Part shown: positions 61,003 through 64,000 of the stretch, piece after piece
Layout of the letters: every line of letters begins with the position of its first letter
How positions within the stretch are numbered: the stretch's first letter is position 1
Assembly: GCF_037042905.1 (NCBI RefSeq)
Contig: NC_087252.1
Location: 15,998,001 to 16,062,000 of the forward strand
Reading direction: 5' to 3'
From: Lytechinus pictus
Lineage: Eukaryota
DNA length: 64,000 bases
Position numbers and translations under genes: made by a program
Notes under the pieces: model-generated
Database searches by the model: none
Seen by the model: the letters and a program-made list of their open reading frames with translations, nothing else
What the model was told of the DNA's origin: nothing

Positions 61003-63655
61003 ACCCAGCTAACTATAATAACATTCATGAAAGATCCTAGAAATGCTTTCAAAAGAAATTTTTAAGAACATTTGTATAACATTAATGAAACAATATTCCC
61101 CTGATGTTAAACATGAACTAAACGTTAATATTATGATACCAAGCAGATATATTTTCCTAAATGTTACATAGATCTTTACCCATAGTGATGAAAAAAAACA
61201 TTCTTAAGACACAAATGATATTTTTCTAACGTTTTTATAATGTTACATAATTAATGTGAATGTTTTTTTTTTCAAACGTTCGATGTTATGACTATGATGA
61301 TGATAAAAAAGTAATGAATGTTTGTTTTCAAAATATTTCGACAAAACATTTTTGATAATGTTATGATTTTCTTAAATATAGTAGATAGATGATAATTTTG
61401 CCGTTTTTGCCTTTAACATTTTGATAGGAACACAATAACATTTTATTGACATCTACATGTACATGAATTGGATGTAAAAATAGCATTTTGAAAATGTTGT
61501 TAGAATACTTGAAATGAAATATGGTTTTACAACATCTCAACAAAGCATTCTTGAAAAATGTTTTCAAGTGTTTTCCAAATTGTTAACTTTAAAAAATATA
61601 TTAGAAACATCCTGATAATTTTAACATAAATTGTTGAGAAACAAAACAGATATACAATTTTATAATGTTATATACATGTACTTACATTGGATGTGATAAT
61701 AAATGTTATGAAACTATATGTTTATGTATCATTTTGACTTAACGTTCTTGAAAAAAAAAATTTCCTAATATTTTTCAAAAGCGTTAATTAAATATATCAT
61801 TAACATGTTTTATGATGATATGAATATAATTTTTTCAGAAACTTGATAATACTACTAACATTTTTGTAAGGTTATACATTTGATGTAAAATAAACATTTT
61901 AAAAATGTTGTAAGAATATTATGACAACATCAACCGTTCAACAAAACATTTTTGAAATATAATTTCCAAAAATATTTTAAAACGTATTAGAAACATCCTT
62001 ATTTTTAGTAGTATAATTTTAACATTTTTTTGTATTTTGCTGACATTTTGATAAAGTTATTGGGATCTATGATTTTTAACTCATCCGGCCCGAAGGGCTA
62101 GATGAGCTTATGCCATGGCGTGGCGTCCGTCCACAATTTCAAAATGCTTCTTCTTCGCCATTTCTAGTCCGGAATCCATTCTGTTTGCTTTATATGATAG
62201 CACTAGGTAGGGGATTCAAAACTTCTTCATAGAATTTTGAAACTCATTAAATATGCTAATTTATGCGCATTTTTCAAAATTCACAAAAAATGCTTCTTCT
62301 TAATTAGTTGACCGATTTTGAATTGTTTGCTTCCATCTGGTAGAGCTTCATGAAGGTCACCAAACTTCTACACAAAATTTTGAAATTTGGCCGGAGTAGA
62401 AAATTATTTATGCTAACTTATGCGAAATTCATAAATCACAGAAAATGCCTCTTCTTTATTTGTTGACTGAATTTCAAAATGCTGCCCGCTTCGTCATTTC
62501 AAATCTGATTTTAATTCTGTTTGCTTTTAATATGATAGCATTAGGTGGGGGATTCAAACCTTCTACACAGAATTTTGAAACTCATTAAATATGCTAATTT
62601 ATGCGCATTTTTCAAAATTCACAAAAAAATGCTTCTCCTTCGTTATTTGTTGACCTATTTCGGCTTCCTTTTGGTAGCACTTCATGAGGTTCACCAAATT
62701 TCTACACAGAATTTTGAAATTTTGACTAGGAACAATTTTATGCTAATTTATGCGAAATTTATTCATAAATCAACAGGAAATGATGCGTCTTCTTATTTGT
62801 TGACCGATTTTGATTTTTTTTTCCATCTGGTAGATCTGCATGAGGTTCACCAAACCTGTACATCATTTGTTGATCAATTTTAATTTTCTTTGCTTTATAT
62901 GATCGCTTTAGGTGGTGATACAGAATTTCAACACAGAATTTTGAAACTCATGAAATATGCTTATTTATATATTTTCAACTAAAAAAATGACTCATTTATT
63001 TGTTGATTATTTTTGTTCCATCTGAGAGCTACATGAGGTTCACCAAGGTTCTACACAGAGTTTAGAAATGTTGACTAGAAAATTATTCATGCTAATTTAT
63101 ATAAAATTTATTCATAGATCACAAAAAAGCTTCTATGTAATTTCTTCATCAATTTCAATTCTATATCCTCAATTTATGTCACCAATATAATTCACTACAG
63201 TGACGTCAACTGGGCTGAAATTAAAAGTGTGTTAAATATGCTGGATGAGCTCCACATCATTGATGTGCTAGTTTTAAAAGGTTGTAAATACTAGTATCAT
63301 ATCAATGACATCAAACGTTCTTAGAATGTCATAACTGAAACTGCTTTATAGTATTTTCACTAAAAAAAGAGAGAAAATATTGTTTTCATACATATTTATG
63401 ATATAACATCATCTGATCATTTAAGAAATAAATTCATTTTACTATCATCGTTTTTATAATGTTATACATTATGTGAAAAAAATAATGTTGGTAGAATATG
63501 ACAATAACATAAAACATCATTCTCGAAATGTCATGATTATGATTATGCTTCTCAAATATTTTAACAAAACTTATTTTTAGAAATGCTTTTCCAATGTTTA
63601 AAAAAAAATGTTTGAAAAATGAATCAGAAACATCCTAATTTTGACATTTTTATGA
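61003..63655. repeat. AT-rich element with dispersed AACATT/AATGTT motifs, starting near CCCAGCTAAC and split by a Helentron
   Basis: Dense recurrence of the hexamer in both orientations; the second terminus was not found. Confidence 0.4.
62073..63272 (+). mobile_element. Helentron-type non-autonomous element (third family)
   Basis: 5' TTTT-AACTCATCCGGCCC-GAA-GGGCTAGATGAG hairpin; 3' subTIR GCTGGATGAG, hairpin CACATCA-T-TGATGTG, then CTAGTT; internal repeats; TT target. Confidence 0.8.
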
Positions 63656-64000
63656 TATCACAAGTCCACCCCAGAAAATTTTTGATTTTTATAAATAGCG
63701 AAAAACTCTAACAAGCACAACGGTGAAAATTTCATCAAAATCTGAAGTAAAATGAGAAAGGTACGAAGTTTCCATTATTTTTCACAAAACAGTTATATGC
63801 ACGACTCGGACATGCAAATGAGAGAGTTGATGTCCCTCACTCACCATTTTTTGTATGATATTATTTGAATTATAAAATGTATTTCAATTTTTACATATTT
63901 GACAATAAGGACCGAATTGATCGAACCATAAATTGTTAAAACAAAGGTAATACCACATGTTCAGGGAGGAACAAAACTTTGTTTCACAGGACAACAGGGA

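Overview
AT-rich animal (metazoan) genomic DNA, not prokaryotic. The repeat style suggests a marine invertebrate such as a sea urchin, but that is inference. One host gene is recognisable: a minus-strand tandem C2H2 zinc-finger gene. Its large exon (12373-15152) encodes 30 canonical plus 2 degenerate fingers and ends at a TGA sitting in a TGEKP linker, with roughly 15 more decaying finger units downstream. Three near-identical 81-bp phase-1 exons (45094-45174, 44889-44969, 41697-41777) encode an acidic 27-aa module and are phase-compatible with the finger exon across a 26.5-kb intron. Almost everything else is nested transposable elements whose ends and target-site duplications (TSDs) can be read directly. 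These include a 4.2-kb foldback-like element with 16-bp arrays in its TIRs, a 10.9-kb CACTA/EnSpm(CMC)-like element with two gene remnants, and a 9.7-kb Helentron-type array carrying a tRNA-derived Pol III cassette. Also present are a Sola2-like element, a Penelope-like GIY-YIG fragment with hammerhead motifs in inverted pLTRs, several AcademH-like elements with RecQ helicase remnants and 9-bp TSDs, and many MITEs. Family names rest on terminal structure and motif recognition, not on database searches.
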